Assembly: GCA_035279425.1 (NCBI GenBank)
Contig: DATEHT010000030.1
Coordinates: 153,917-217,916 of the forward strand
From: Terriglobales bacterium
Lineage (GTDB): Bacteria > Acidobacteriota > Terriglobia > Terriglobales > Acidobacteriaceae
DNA: 64,000 bases
Direction of reading: 5' to 3'
Shown: positions 7,813 to 15,176 of the stretch, piece after piece
Numbering within the stretch: the first letter of the stretch is position 1
Layout: every line of letters begins with the position of its first letter
Program-made: the position numbers and the translations under genes
The notes under the pieces: model-generated
Seen by the model: the letters and a program-made list of their open reading frames with translations, nothing else
Databases searched by the model: none
What the model was told of the DNA's origin: nothing

Positions 7813-10194
7813 ATGCCGCCGACGAGCGAAGTTGTTCAGCGTCCTGAGATCCGGACGAATAATGAGCTGCGGTCAAGTGAACTCTTGTTCGGAATCTCGC
7901 TCGGGAGTTTTTGCGCGCTGTTCCTCGAACTCGCTCTTACCCGCCTGTTCTCGGTAATTCTGTTCTATCACTTCGCTTTCCTTGCGATCTCGATTGCACT
8001 GCTGGGATTAGGGGCCGGAGGCGTATTTGCCTACTTATGGAAGCGCGAGCTTGGCAGCTTCGAAACTCGATGCATTGCCACGACATGCAGCTTGTTAAAC
8101 GCAGTCGTTCTTCCGGCAGTGCTCGAGATTGTGTTGCACGTGCCTGTCTCCCTTGAGATCACGAAGGGGAACTTTGCCCGCCTGAGCATCATTTATCTGA
8201 GCTCGGCTGCACCGTTCTTTCTGACTGGATTAGAGTTCTCAGTGATCTTCGCGAGGGAATCGTCGCGAATCAATGCAATTTACGGAGCTGATCTCTGCGG
8301 CGGAGCGATCGCCTGTCTTGCCATTGTGCCCTTGCTCAATTGGATTGGAGCTCCGAACGCGATTATCTTCGCGGCGCTAGTATCGGCGTCTGCGGGCGCA
8401 ATCTGGAGCACCTCCCGAGCGTGGCGGAGCAGAGCTGTTTCGCTTGCTTCTCTCATGGCGATTCTGATCCTGGTGAATTCATCGACCCATTGGATTGATG
8501 TGGTCTGGGCGAAAGGTGTCCGCCGCAAGAACGTTGAGTTTGCGCGCTGGAATGCGGTTTCACGGGTTGAGGTGGACCGAAACAGCGACGGTTCACGAGT
8601 GATTGTGATCGATGCCGACGCAAACACTTACATCATGAATGCCGACCCGGCGCGCTGGGCGGGTTCCCAATGGGAGCAAAATCTGATGGCCGCCCCTGCC
8701 GCCGTCGTCAATAGGCTCCGAGCTCGTGGCGATTACGCGATTATCGGTCCGGGCGGAGGAGTTGATGTTTTGCGCGCCGTCGCGAACGGCAGCCACAGTG
8801 TTACGGGAATAGAGATCAATCCCCTAATCGCGCAAACCATCATGCGAAATCGTTATGCGGATTTTGCTTACCATTTGTATGACCGTCCAGATGTCAGCAT
8901 TCACGTCGCGGATGGGCGATCGTTTATTCGCAGTTCACACACTCACTTCGATATCGTAGAAATGACGCTGGTCGATACTTGGGCATCGACTGCTGCCGGT
9001 GCGTTCGCGCTCAGCGAAAACAGCCTCTACTCCACCCAGGCGTTCTGTGAATACTTTGAACATCTGAAGCCGGACGGGATAATCGCTGTTACGCGCTGGG
9101 AGTTCCAGCAGCCGCGGGAAGCCTTGCGGGTGGTGTCTGTTGCTATGCAAGCTCTGCACCAGAAGGGCGAGGCTAATGTGGCGTCTAATTTCGTCGTGAT
9201 CTCGCAGGGCGATCTCAATGCGGACGGAATTCCGGTAGCGGTAATGGCAAAGAAAAGTCCGTTTACTTCTCAAGAAGAAGACGCCATTCGAAATTACCTG
9301 CAGAAATACAGCAAACTAAAGTTGTTGTATGCCCCTTCCGCTCCTATGTCGAACGCGTTCACGCAGCTGATTACGAGCAACGATCCGTGGTCTTTTGCCC
9401 GACACTATGCTTACAACGTGACTCCAGTCACCGACGACGCGCCATTCTTCTTTTTCACCTTGAAGCCGGAGGAGCTTTGGCGATCGCTGGGCGGAAGCGG
9501 CGCAATGGACTGGAAGGTGAACCTCGGGGTTGCGGTCCTCGGCATGCTGCTGGTGATTTCTGTTATTGCAGTGATGGCATTTCTGATTGTGCCGTTAGCG
9601 TTGCGGTCTTACATCGGGCAGAGCGTGACGGCAGCGCTTCTATATTTTGTCGCCATCGGGCTCGGCTACATCGTGGTCGAAATCACGTTCATCCAGCGTT
9701 TTGTGCTTTTCCTGGGCCATCCGACGTACGCCCTGACGGTGGTTGTCTTTCTATTATTGCTTTCAAGCGGGGCCGGAAGTGTGGTCTCAAAAAAATGGAT
9801 TACCAGACCCGGGCAAGTGTGGTGGCCAATTAGCGCTATTTGTTTTGTGACGGTCGCCTATGTCGCGGTGCTGCCGCCAATTCTGGACCACGCCATTGGC
9901 GTGCCTTTCATGCTGAAGCTGGCGATCAGCGCTTTCCTTCTGGCGCCGTTGGGATTCATGATGGGGATGCCGTTTCCGGCCGGCTTGAGAGCGCTCACTG
10001 AGCGCGAGAGGGAAGGTACTTTCATAGAGTGGGCATGGGCGATGAACGCAGCTTCGAGTGTTCTAGGCTCAGTCCTAGCAATCGTAGTTGCCGTCCAGTG
10101 GGGCTTGAACGTAACCCTCGCCTTTGGAGCGGGTGCTTATTTCTTCGCTTTGCTGTTGCGTGGAAAGCTACTACATAGGCCATCGACGGCCTGA
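7813..10194 (+). CDS. polytopic membrane protein with embedded spermidine-synthase-like (class I SAM-MTase fold) domain
   Basis: About 7 N-terminal and 6-7 C-terminal hydrophobic helices flank a soluble block: YAIIGPGGGVDVLRAVANGSHSVTGIEINPLI...ADGRSFIRSSHTHFDIVEMTLVD...LKPDGIIAV. This is the spermidine synthase/aminopropyltransferase signature. Confidence 0.8.
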   Translation: MPPTSEVVQRPEIRTNNELRSSELLFGISLGSFCALFLELALTRLFSVILFYHFAFLAISIALLGLGAGGVFAYLWKRELGSFETRCIATTCSLLNAVVLPAVLEIVLHVPVSLEITKGNFARLSIIYLSSAAPFFLTGLEFSVIFARESSRINAIYGADLCGGAIACLAIVPLLNWIGAPNAIIFAALVSASAGAIWSTSRAWRSRAVSLASLMAILILVNSSTHWIDVVWAKGVRRKNVEFARWNAVSRVEVDRNSDGSRVIVIDADANTYIMNADPARWAGSQWEQNLMAAPAAVVNRLRARGDYAIIGPGGGVDVLRAVANGSHSVTGIEINPLIAQTIMRNRYADFAYHLYDRPDVSIHVADGRSFIRSSHTHFDIVEMTLVDTWASTAAGAFALSENSLYSTQAFCEYFEHLKPDGIIAVTRWEFQQPREALRVVSVAMQALHQKGEANVASNFVVISQGDLNADGIPVAVMAKKSPFTSQEEDAIRNYLQKYSKLKLLYAPSAPMSNAFTQLITSNDPWSFARHYAYNVTPVTDDAPFFFFTLKPEELWRSLGGSGAMDWKVNLGVAVLGMLLVISVIAVMAFLIVPLALRSYIGQSVTAALLYFVAIGLGYIVVEITFIQRFVLFLGHPTYALTVVVFLLLLSSGAGSVVSKKWITRPGQVWWPISAICFVTVAYVAVLPPILDHAIGVPFMLKLAISAFLLAPLGFMMGMPFPAGLRALTEREREGTFIEWAWAMNAASSVLGSVLAIVVAVQWGLNVTLAFGAGAYFFALLLRGKLLHRPSTA

Positions 10195-10218
10195 AACCGC
10201 GCACGCTCTGCTATCATC

Positions 10219-10246
10219 AAAAAAATCCGGCAGCAATGCCGGTTCT
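10219..10246 (+). terminator. hairpin with GCAA loop after the 7813-10194 gene (weak U-tract on +, strong on -)
   Basis: AAAAAAA (10219-10225), T, CCGGCA (10227-10232), GCAA, TGCCGG (10237-10242), TTCT. The A-run upstream makes it look stronger on the minus strand, but there is no minus-strand gene to terminate. Confidence 0.4.
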
Positions 10247-10290
10247 GCGCGGCGCAGCATCATTCGCCGCCATGCTGCCTGGGAGGAGCG

Positions 10291-11364
10291 TTGCCGAGCC
10301 AGAAGCAGTTGAAATGGTCCCAACTGAAGGTTGGGATTACCGTGGTAGTCGCCGGCATCGTGCTGACAGTGCTCATTGTGTTGATGAGCAACACTGGCGG
10401 CATCTTCACAAGCAAACTCATTCTTAAATCTTACTTTTTTGACGCGCAAGGATTGCGCGAAGGAGCGCCGGTTCGACTTAGCGGGGTTGATATCGGCAAC
10501 GTGAGTCAGATCCGGATCGTGCCTAAAAAGCCTGATGCACCAGTAGAAGTGACCATGAAGGTGAACACGAAGTATCAGTTCAACCTTCGCAAAGATTCGA
10601 AGACGCTGCTTTCGACCGCGGGCGTGCTGGGCGAAACTTATATCAACATTGACAGCTCAAAGGCGACCGGAGCAGAAGTCGACGAGGGCGACGTTCTCGC
10701 GACCAGCGAAGAGCCTGGATATCAGGACGTCATGCGCTCGACGCAAAATGCTCTCCAGAACATGCAGGCTTTGTTGGCACGAACAGATCGGATCATTGCG
10801 TACATCGAGAGCGGACAAGGTTCAATCGGAAAAGCAATTTACGATGCTGCCCTCTACAACCGCCTGAATGCCACGGTGAATGACTTTCAAAAGCTGGTGA
10901 ACGAAGTGTCACAGGGGCAGGGCAGCATCGGCAAACTCATAATGAGCGATGATCTTTACAACAAGGCCAACGCGACCATCGACAAGATCAATTTAATGAT
11001 CGACGACCTGAACACCGGGAAGGGAACTGCAGGGAAGCTGCTAAAGGATCCTACTTTGTATGACAATGCAAACCAAACTGTTGCCAGTTTTAAGAAAATA
11101 ACTGATGACATTAATGCTGGCAAAGGGGCGATTGGAACTCTGACCAAAGATCAGGAATTCGCGAACAAGTTGAAGAACACAATGAACCGGCTGTCAAATA
11201 TTACCGACCGATTGGACAACGGGGAAGGAAGTGCCGGAAGGTTCTTGCACGATCCATCAATGTACGACAATACGAACAAGCTTCTCACTGATACGCAAGA
11301 GCTGATCAAAGCCATCCGACAGAACCCAAAGAAATATTTGACCATTCATCTGAAGGTGTTCTGA
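10291..11364 (+). CDS. MlaD/MCE family protein with five C-terminal 34-aa helical repeats
   Basis: N-terminal TM anchor (VGITVVVAGIVLTVLIVLM) and MCE core (GLREGAPVRLSGVDIGNVSQIRIV). Five repeats of exact 34-aa period start at G175, G209, G243, G277 and G311. TTG start. Confidence 0.85.
   Translation: MPSQKQLKWSQLKVGITVVVAGIVLTVLIVLMSNTGGIFTSKLILKSYFFDAQGLREGAPVRLSGVDIGNVSQIRIVPKKPDAPVEVTMKVNTKYQFNLRKDSKTLLSTAGVLGETYINIDSSKATGAEVDEGDVLATSEEPGYQDVMRSTQNALQNMQALLARTDRIIAYIESGQGSIGKAIYDAALYNRLNATVNDFQKLVNEVSQGQGSIGKLIMSDDLYNKANATIDKINLMIDDLNTGKGTAGKLLKDPTLYDNANQTVASFKKITDDINAGKGAIGTLTKDQEFANKLKNTMNRLSNITDRLDNGEGSAGRFLHDPSMYDNTNKLLTDTQELIKAIRQNPKKYLTIHLKVF
10813..11322 (+). repeat. five in-frame 102-bp (34-aa) tandem repeats inside the MlaD-family gene
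   Basis: GQGSIGKAIYDAALYNRLNATV.. / GQGSIGKLIMSDDLYNKANATI.. / GKGTAGKLLKDPTLYDNANQTV.. / GKGAIGTLTKDQEFANKLKNTM.. / GEGSAGRFLHDPSMYDNTNKLL.. Confidence 0.8.
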
Positions 11365-11398
11365 GGCTGGTGTCGGCTGGCGTATTCGGCTACCGGAT

Positions 11399-12976
11399 TC
11401 ATCTTTGAAGCAAATCCACCGGCCGCCTTACATCGTGAACGCGGAAATATCTGGCGAGTGCCGGATATTTTTTCTGCACTTCTTCAAACATCGCGTAAGC
11501 AACGTTGCGATAAGAAAAATGCCCGGCTGGGCCACTGCGTAGCTCGGATATGTACACAGCCTCCGCGAAATCCATTTTGAAAAGCGTGCGCTTGCGGAAG
11601 CCGAGCGGTATTGCATATTGCGCATTTTCGGCTGCTTCTGGGGACACGCTCTTGGCGAGTGCCGCGACGGCTTTTGCAGCGCCGTCCATGGCGGCCTGGT
11701 ATTGACCTAAAGCGCCTGCGGGTCCGAGCTGCTCGGGGACTTCGTAGCCGTGGGCGATCGTGAACCCCTGTTCAATTTGAATGCAGCGCCGATGGCGGTG
11801 CATATCGCGGAAACCACCAATGTCCATCAGTATGTCGAAGCGAAATTGTTGACCGGCGCGGAAGGCCCGCTCCATTTCATCGTGTTTGCCGCGATGATGA
11901 AGGCCGGCGTCGACGATCTCCCGGCGCCGCGCCTCGTGAATACCTTCCACTGCGCGCCGAAGCTGGCGATACGGATAATGAGAGTGCTCATAGAGGAGCG
12001 TAGATGCGAGTTCAATCTCAATCGGTTCTTCATCGAGTAAATCAACTAGTGGTGCGGATTCGATCGGAGCATTGTTCATCAGCTCCGCTGCTATCTGCCG
12101 CAACTCTTGCCTGGTCTCAATCTCATATGGGTTCGGATCGGCATACTTGACCAGGGTTGGTGCAACGCGGACTTCCTTCAGTAATTCTTGTTCGGCTCGT
12201 GCGGCGAGTTCGGGCGAGAGCTCGCGAATTTCAGCAACTAGTTTTCGCAAGGATTCATGATTCACGTTGTATGCCGCGGAAGTGGCTGCACGCTTTAATA
12301 ATTCTCCGAGCTGCCGGACTTCTTTGTGGGTATGCGAGAGCAGGTGCGAGACTTGCATCTCGAGAGTACGTGCGTTGACGATCTCGCCGAGCGAAGTATT
12401 GGTCGCCAGCGGAAGGAGATATCGCGAGACATCGAAGGCCCGTGCTTTTAATGTGCGTTCGTACGCGTCCTGCTTCATGTCGCTGGGCTTGGGAGTAGTC
12501 TCGGCAAGGTAGCGGAAAATCTGCTCGGAAAGAGACTCGTACGTCGAAAAGATCCCATCAATGGTTCGCGTGTAAAGCTCGTGGGAAGCATGATCGTCGC
12601 CAAAATCCGGCGTGTAATACCCACTCTTGCGAAAGTTCTGATAGCGGGTTGACCTTTCCTGGCCGTCCCAGCGCTGCTCGTCAGCGATGACAATGGCGGC
12701 CAGGATGGAAAGCTTTTCAATCGCCAGCGCAATGTGCGCGAGATCAGCGATGGAGCGATGTCCGTATTGAAAGTAGAAGGTGTTTAGAAATTTCTCTGCC
12801 TTCTGCGTGCTGATCTCCCTCAGCGACTCCTTCATCGAGAGCGCCGAGCGCGAATACTTGGCCATGGCATAAGCCTGAACTTCCGGCTCAGCGCCGAAAA
12901 TGGCGTAGACCTCAGTAGTCGGAGCGCTTGCTGAGGAACCGGTACCGTTTGAGGGTTTAAGGGCAGGGTCAGCCAT
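11399..12976 (-). CDS. thyX: double-length ThyX-like protein (FAD-dependent thymidylate synthase family)
   Basis: 525 aa, about twice a normal ThyX. YAMAKYSRSALSM in the N-half. GFRDMHRHRRCIQ in the C-half resembles the RHRxxS ThyX motif, but the Ser position is Ile. ...SELRSGPAGHFSYR follows. Confidence 0.7.
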   Translation of the reverse strand: MADPALKPSNGTGSSASAPTTEVYAIFGAEPEVQAYAMAKYSRSALSMKESLREISTQKAEKFLNTFYFQYGHRSIADLAHIALAIEKLSILAAIVIADEQRWDGQERSTRYQNFRKSGYYTPDFGDDHASHELYTRTIDGIFSTYESLSEQIFRYLAETTPKPSDMKQDAYERTLKARAFDVSRYLLPLATNTSLGEIVNARTLEMQVSHLLSHTHKEVRQLGELLKRAATSAAYNVNHESLRKLVAEIRELSPELAARAEQELLKEVRVAPTLVKYADPNPYEIETRQELRQIAAELMNNAPIESAPLVDLLDEEPIEIELASTLLYEHSHYPYRQLRRAVEGIHEARRREIVDAGLHHRGKHDEMERAFRAGQQFRFDILMDIGGFRDMHRHRRCIQIEQGFTIAHGYEVPEQLGPAGALGQYQAAMDGAAKAVAALAKSVSPEAAENAQYAIPLGFRKRTLFKMDFAEAVYISELRSGPAGHFSYRNVAYAMFEEVQKKYPALARYFRVHDVRRPVDLLQR

Positions 12977-13069
12977 GAAGGACCTCGAAAGAGAAGAAAT
13001 TGAATGTTAAATGGCGGGTGTCATGCGCGCAATTGAGTTGATCAATCGCTCGGTGAAAACCTCTGCCTG

Positions 13070-13276
13070 TGTTCTCTGTGGTGAAGACCTTTCGCAGCAC
13101 TCAGGCAAACCTTCACCACAGAGGACACTGAGGTAGACAGAGGAACGCCACGGAGGAAAGACACAAAGTTCAGATCACAACGTGTGGAACTCAGGCAAAA
13201 CTTCACCACAGAGGACACTGAGGTACACAGAGGAACGCCACGGAGGAAAGGCACAGAGTTCAACTCACAACGTGTG
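13070..13276. repeat. intergenic repeat block: 13-bp-stem hairpin plus two tandem 87-bp units (period 90 bp)
   Basis: CTCTGTGGTGAAG (13074-13086) is complementary to CTTCACCACAGAG (13111-13123). Unit 1 (13100-13186) and unit 2 (13190-13276) differ at about 6 positions by eye. Both end in CACAACGTGTG, which is the last three codons plus the stop of the cytochrome c gene read on the minus strand. Confidence 0.85.
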
Positions 13277-13639
13277 CAGATACGTCAGCAGATCGTTGAT
13301 CTGCTCGTCCGTCAGCACGTTCCCGAAGCCGTTCATCTTGTTGCGTCCGTAGCGGATGATATCCCTCGCACGATCGTCGTTGGCCGGCATCCCGCTGGCG
13401 GAAAAATATTGCCGCTTGAACACGCCTTTCAGGCCTGGCCCTTGCCGCTTGCGCGATGAATAGGGTGCGTGGCAGCGGTCGCAATACTGGTCGTAGATGT
13501 GGCGTCCAGAGGCTTGCTGCGCGGTGAGACCAAGTTCAGCGTCACTTTTTCGCCGCTCGACCTCGCAACCACTGCAAATCGCAATCAGCAGAATGGCGCA
13601 GCATGCGAGAAAGGCGGCGAAATATCTGCACCGTCTCAT
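13265..13639 (-). CDS. small c-type cytochrome lipoprotein
   Basis: Haem motif CDRCH. Probable start is ATG 13639 (AGGAATTC upstream), giving MRRCRYFAAFLACCAILLIAICSGC (lipobox). The ORF-track start 13672 adds 11 unlikely residues. Confidence 0.8.
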   Translation of the reverse strand: MRRCRYFAAFLACCAILLIAICSGCEVERRKSDAELGLTAQQASGRHIYDQYCDRCHAPYSSRKRQGPGLKGVFKRQYFSASGMPANDDRARDIIRYGRNKMNGFGNVLTDEQINDLLTYLHTL

Positions 13640-13665
13640 GAATTCCTCGAAGTCACTTAAGTTAT

Positions 13666-13679
13666 ATCGCACGTGCGAT
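13666..13679. promoter_or_regulatory. perfect 14-bp palindrome ATCGCACGTGCGAT just upstream of the cytochrome c start
   Basis: Its reverse complement is identical. It lies 27-40 nt upstream of ATG 13639 (minus strand). Candidate operator or 5'-UTR hairpin. Confidence 0.3.
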
Positions 13680-13910
13680 GTCGATTTCCCGCTTCCCGCA
13701 ACGGGCGCGGATCTTGCCGGATTTTCACATTCAGATTACGAAAACTTGCGGAGTTGTCCTCGACTGATTCGTTAACAATTATTGGAAAATCTGTGTGCGG
13801 CGTGGTCTTCGAAAATCATTGGATCTTGAGTTGCACAATTCCCGCTGCACACACCTGTGAACGAGCTGCACTCGATTGAAACCAAAGCAGATGCAAATTG
13901 GTTTTTTTTA

Positions 13911-13938
13911 TTGACCCAAAATTTAGAAGGTGTAAAAC
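13911..13938 (+). promoter_or_regulatory. candidate sigma70-type promoter for the putative RNA
   Basis: TTGACC (13911-13916), 16 nt, TAAAAC (13933-13938). It is immediately preceded by an A/T-rich UP-like block with a T8 run (13902-13909). Other -10-like hexamers nearby (CATAAT 13939-13944, TAAAGT 13962-13967) make the exact TSS uncertain. Confidence 0.3.
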
Positions 13939-13944
13939 CATAAT

Positions 13945-14328
13945 CGTTCTTTGACAGTTTCTAAAGTTTTTCCGGTTGGTGCGGCGTCCGGGGGTCAAGC
14001 GAGGTCACCTTCGGCACGAAGCAAGAGCTAACGTAAGTATGCTGAGTGATCAGCGAACTGACGTACAGCTCATGCAGAGTGACTGCAGGAGGGCCAGTGA
14101 GGCTCTATAGCAAAGCGCTGGTCGAGGAGAACAGGAAACCAAGTCAAAGGCAGGATAGAGTCCCGAAGGCGTTGAGCTGATTTATCCGGTTGGCGGTAAG
14201 CCCGGAGCCCGAGCACGATCGCCGGTCGCGGTCCGCAAGGATAGTGACCAATGCAGGTCGGCAAGGGTCTAAAGCGAGCTACTGGCCGAGACGAATGAGA
14301 TCAACATAACCTCGGGACTCTTATTTTT
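13945..14328 (+). ncRNA. candidate ~380-nt structured RNA of unknown family
   Basis: No credible ORF. Hairpin 14026-14070 with a GUGA loop (14046-14049). Hairpin 14231-14242 with a GCAA loop. Hairpin 14245-14260. Long-range helix A is 14092-14105 / 14276-14287. Long-range helix B is 14157-14169 / 14310-14321, followed by UUAUUUUU (14321-14328). The ends are approximate. Confidence 0.35.
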
Positions 14329-14463
14329 AGCGTTGCGGCCATCAGCCGCTCGCTAAACTGCAGCGTCATTCGCCTTGGAGCGGCCGCTTCTCCCACGCTC
14401 CTCCCCCAGACAGGAACGGCCTACAAGAGCTCTTACGCGAAGGCGCTGCGTTGGGCGCAAATC

Positions 14464-15141
14464 TCATGGCCCGGAAGCGATCGATTTTCTATCCGAAACC
14501 AAGCGCGCGCGAAAAATCCGTTTTGATAGCGGTTCTTCTCCAACGACATCTACATTCACGTCGTAGTTTCCAGAAGAGAGCGTGTCTCCGAAGGGCAATT
14601 CCATATCGCGCGTGCCTTTTGGCAAAGGAAAATGCTGGTAGCCGATTGCAGTTGCGCGGCCGATATTGTTGATGGCAAGAACGATGAACGTCAGGTCAAA
14701 ATCGCGTCCCGTGTGATTGGAAACCGTAATAGAGCCATCTATTCGTCGGCCGTTCACGCGCGCGCGGTCCTTCCAGTCAACCGTCAGCGGGACATCAGCG
14801 CGAAGTACATACATGTGCTTTTGTTCTTTCGGAGGGCGACTGTTGTCCCTGACAAGAAGGTTGAACTGAAACGGGCCGGGATCGGTCAAGACACCCATGA
14901 GATCGCCACGATCGCTGAGGGAAATTCCGCGCGGCAGCGTGCTGTCAATCACGCGCCAATGATAGGGCTCTGTTCCGCCGGAAGCTGGAAGCTGCAGATG
15001 ATATGGCTCCCACAACAACGGCTTCGGCAAGTCGCTCGGCGGCAGGGAAAGCGAATCTGAAGGGCGAGACTGCTGCGCACAAATCGGAAGTGCCGCCAGT
15101 ATGAGCCACGTGTGCAGAAGTTGTTCGGCTCTCAATCGCAT
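14464..15141 (-). CDS. secreted protein with a cadherin-like/putative-Ig domain
   Basis: Signal peptide MRLRAEQLLHTWLILAALPICAQQ. The segment YHLQLPASGGTEPYHWRVIDSTLPRGISLSDRGDLMGV matches the 'putative Ig / dystroglycan-type cadherin-like' pattern. Confidence 0.7.
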   Translation of the reverse strand: MRLRAEQLLHTWLILAALPICAQQSRPSDSLSLPPSDLPKPLLWEPYHLQLPASGGTEPYHWRVIDSTLPRGISLSDRGDLMGVLTDPGPFQFNLLVRDNSRPPKEQKHMYVLRADVPLTVDWKDRARVNGRRIDGSITVSNHTGRDFDLTFIVLAINNIGRATAIGYQHFPLPKGTRDMELPFGDTLSSGNYDVNVDVVGEEPLSKRIFRARLVSDRKSIASGP

Positions 15142-15176
15142 TCAGAAATTATAGGAGGCACCCAGCGCCCTAGCTA
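15142..15176 (-). promoter_or_regulatory. candidate promoter giving a leaderless mRNA for 14464-15141
   Basis: On the minus strand: TAGCTA (15171-15176), 17 nt, perfect TATAAT (15148-15153), 6 nt, ATG (15139-15141). No SD is present. Confidence 0.3.

Noticed and set aside
13042-13263. 73-codon ORF on the minus strand (…SVSSVVK… twice)
   Set aside because: It is simply the translation of the tandem repeat block. It has an internally repeated low-complexity sequence and no start context.
13100-13276. Possible CRISPR array, because of direct repeats in an intergenic region
   Set aside because: There are only two copies. The units are 87 bp, adjacent (3-nt gap) and have no unique spacers. No cas genes are in the window. 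It is a tandem duplication or REP-like element.
14092-14328. Classical M-box (Mg2+) riboswitch
   Set aside because: Only the two basal-helix strands resemble my recollection of the consensus. The internal conserved segments do not line up. No plus-strand gene, and in particular no Mg2+ transporter, lies downstream.
13979-14340. Group II intron 5' end (GTGCG at 13979-13983) or RNase P RNA / tmRNA identity for the non-coding block
   Set aside because: There is no domain V-like hairpin and no reverse transcriptase ORF. The universal RNase P GGAAAGUCC and ACAGAA elements are absent or altered, and the spacing between the P4-like strands is far too short. No tRNA-like acceptor end or tag ORF is present for tmRNA. 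It is kept only as an unclassified RNA candidate.
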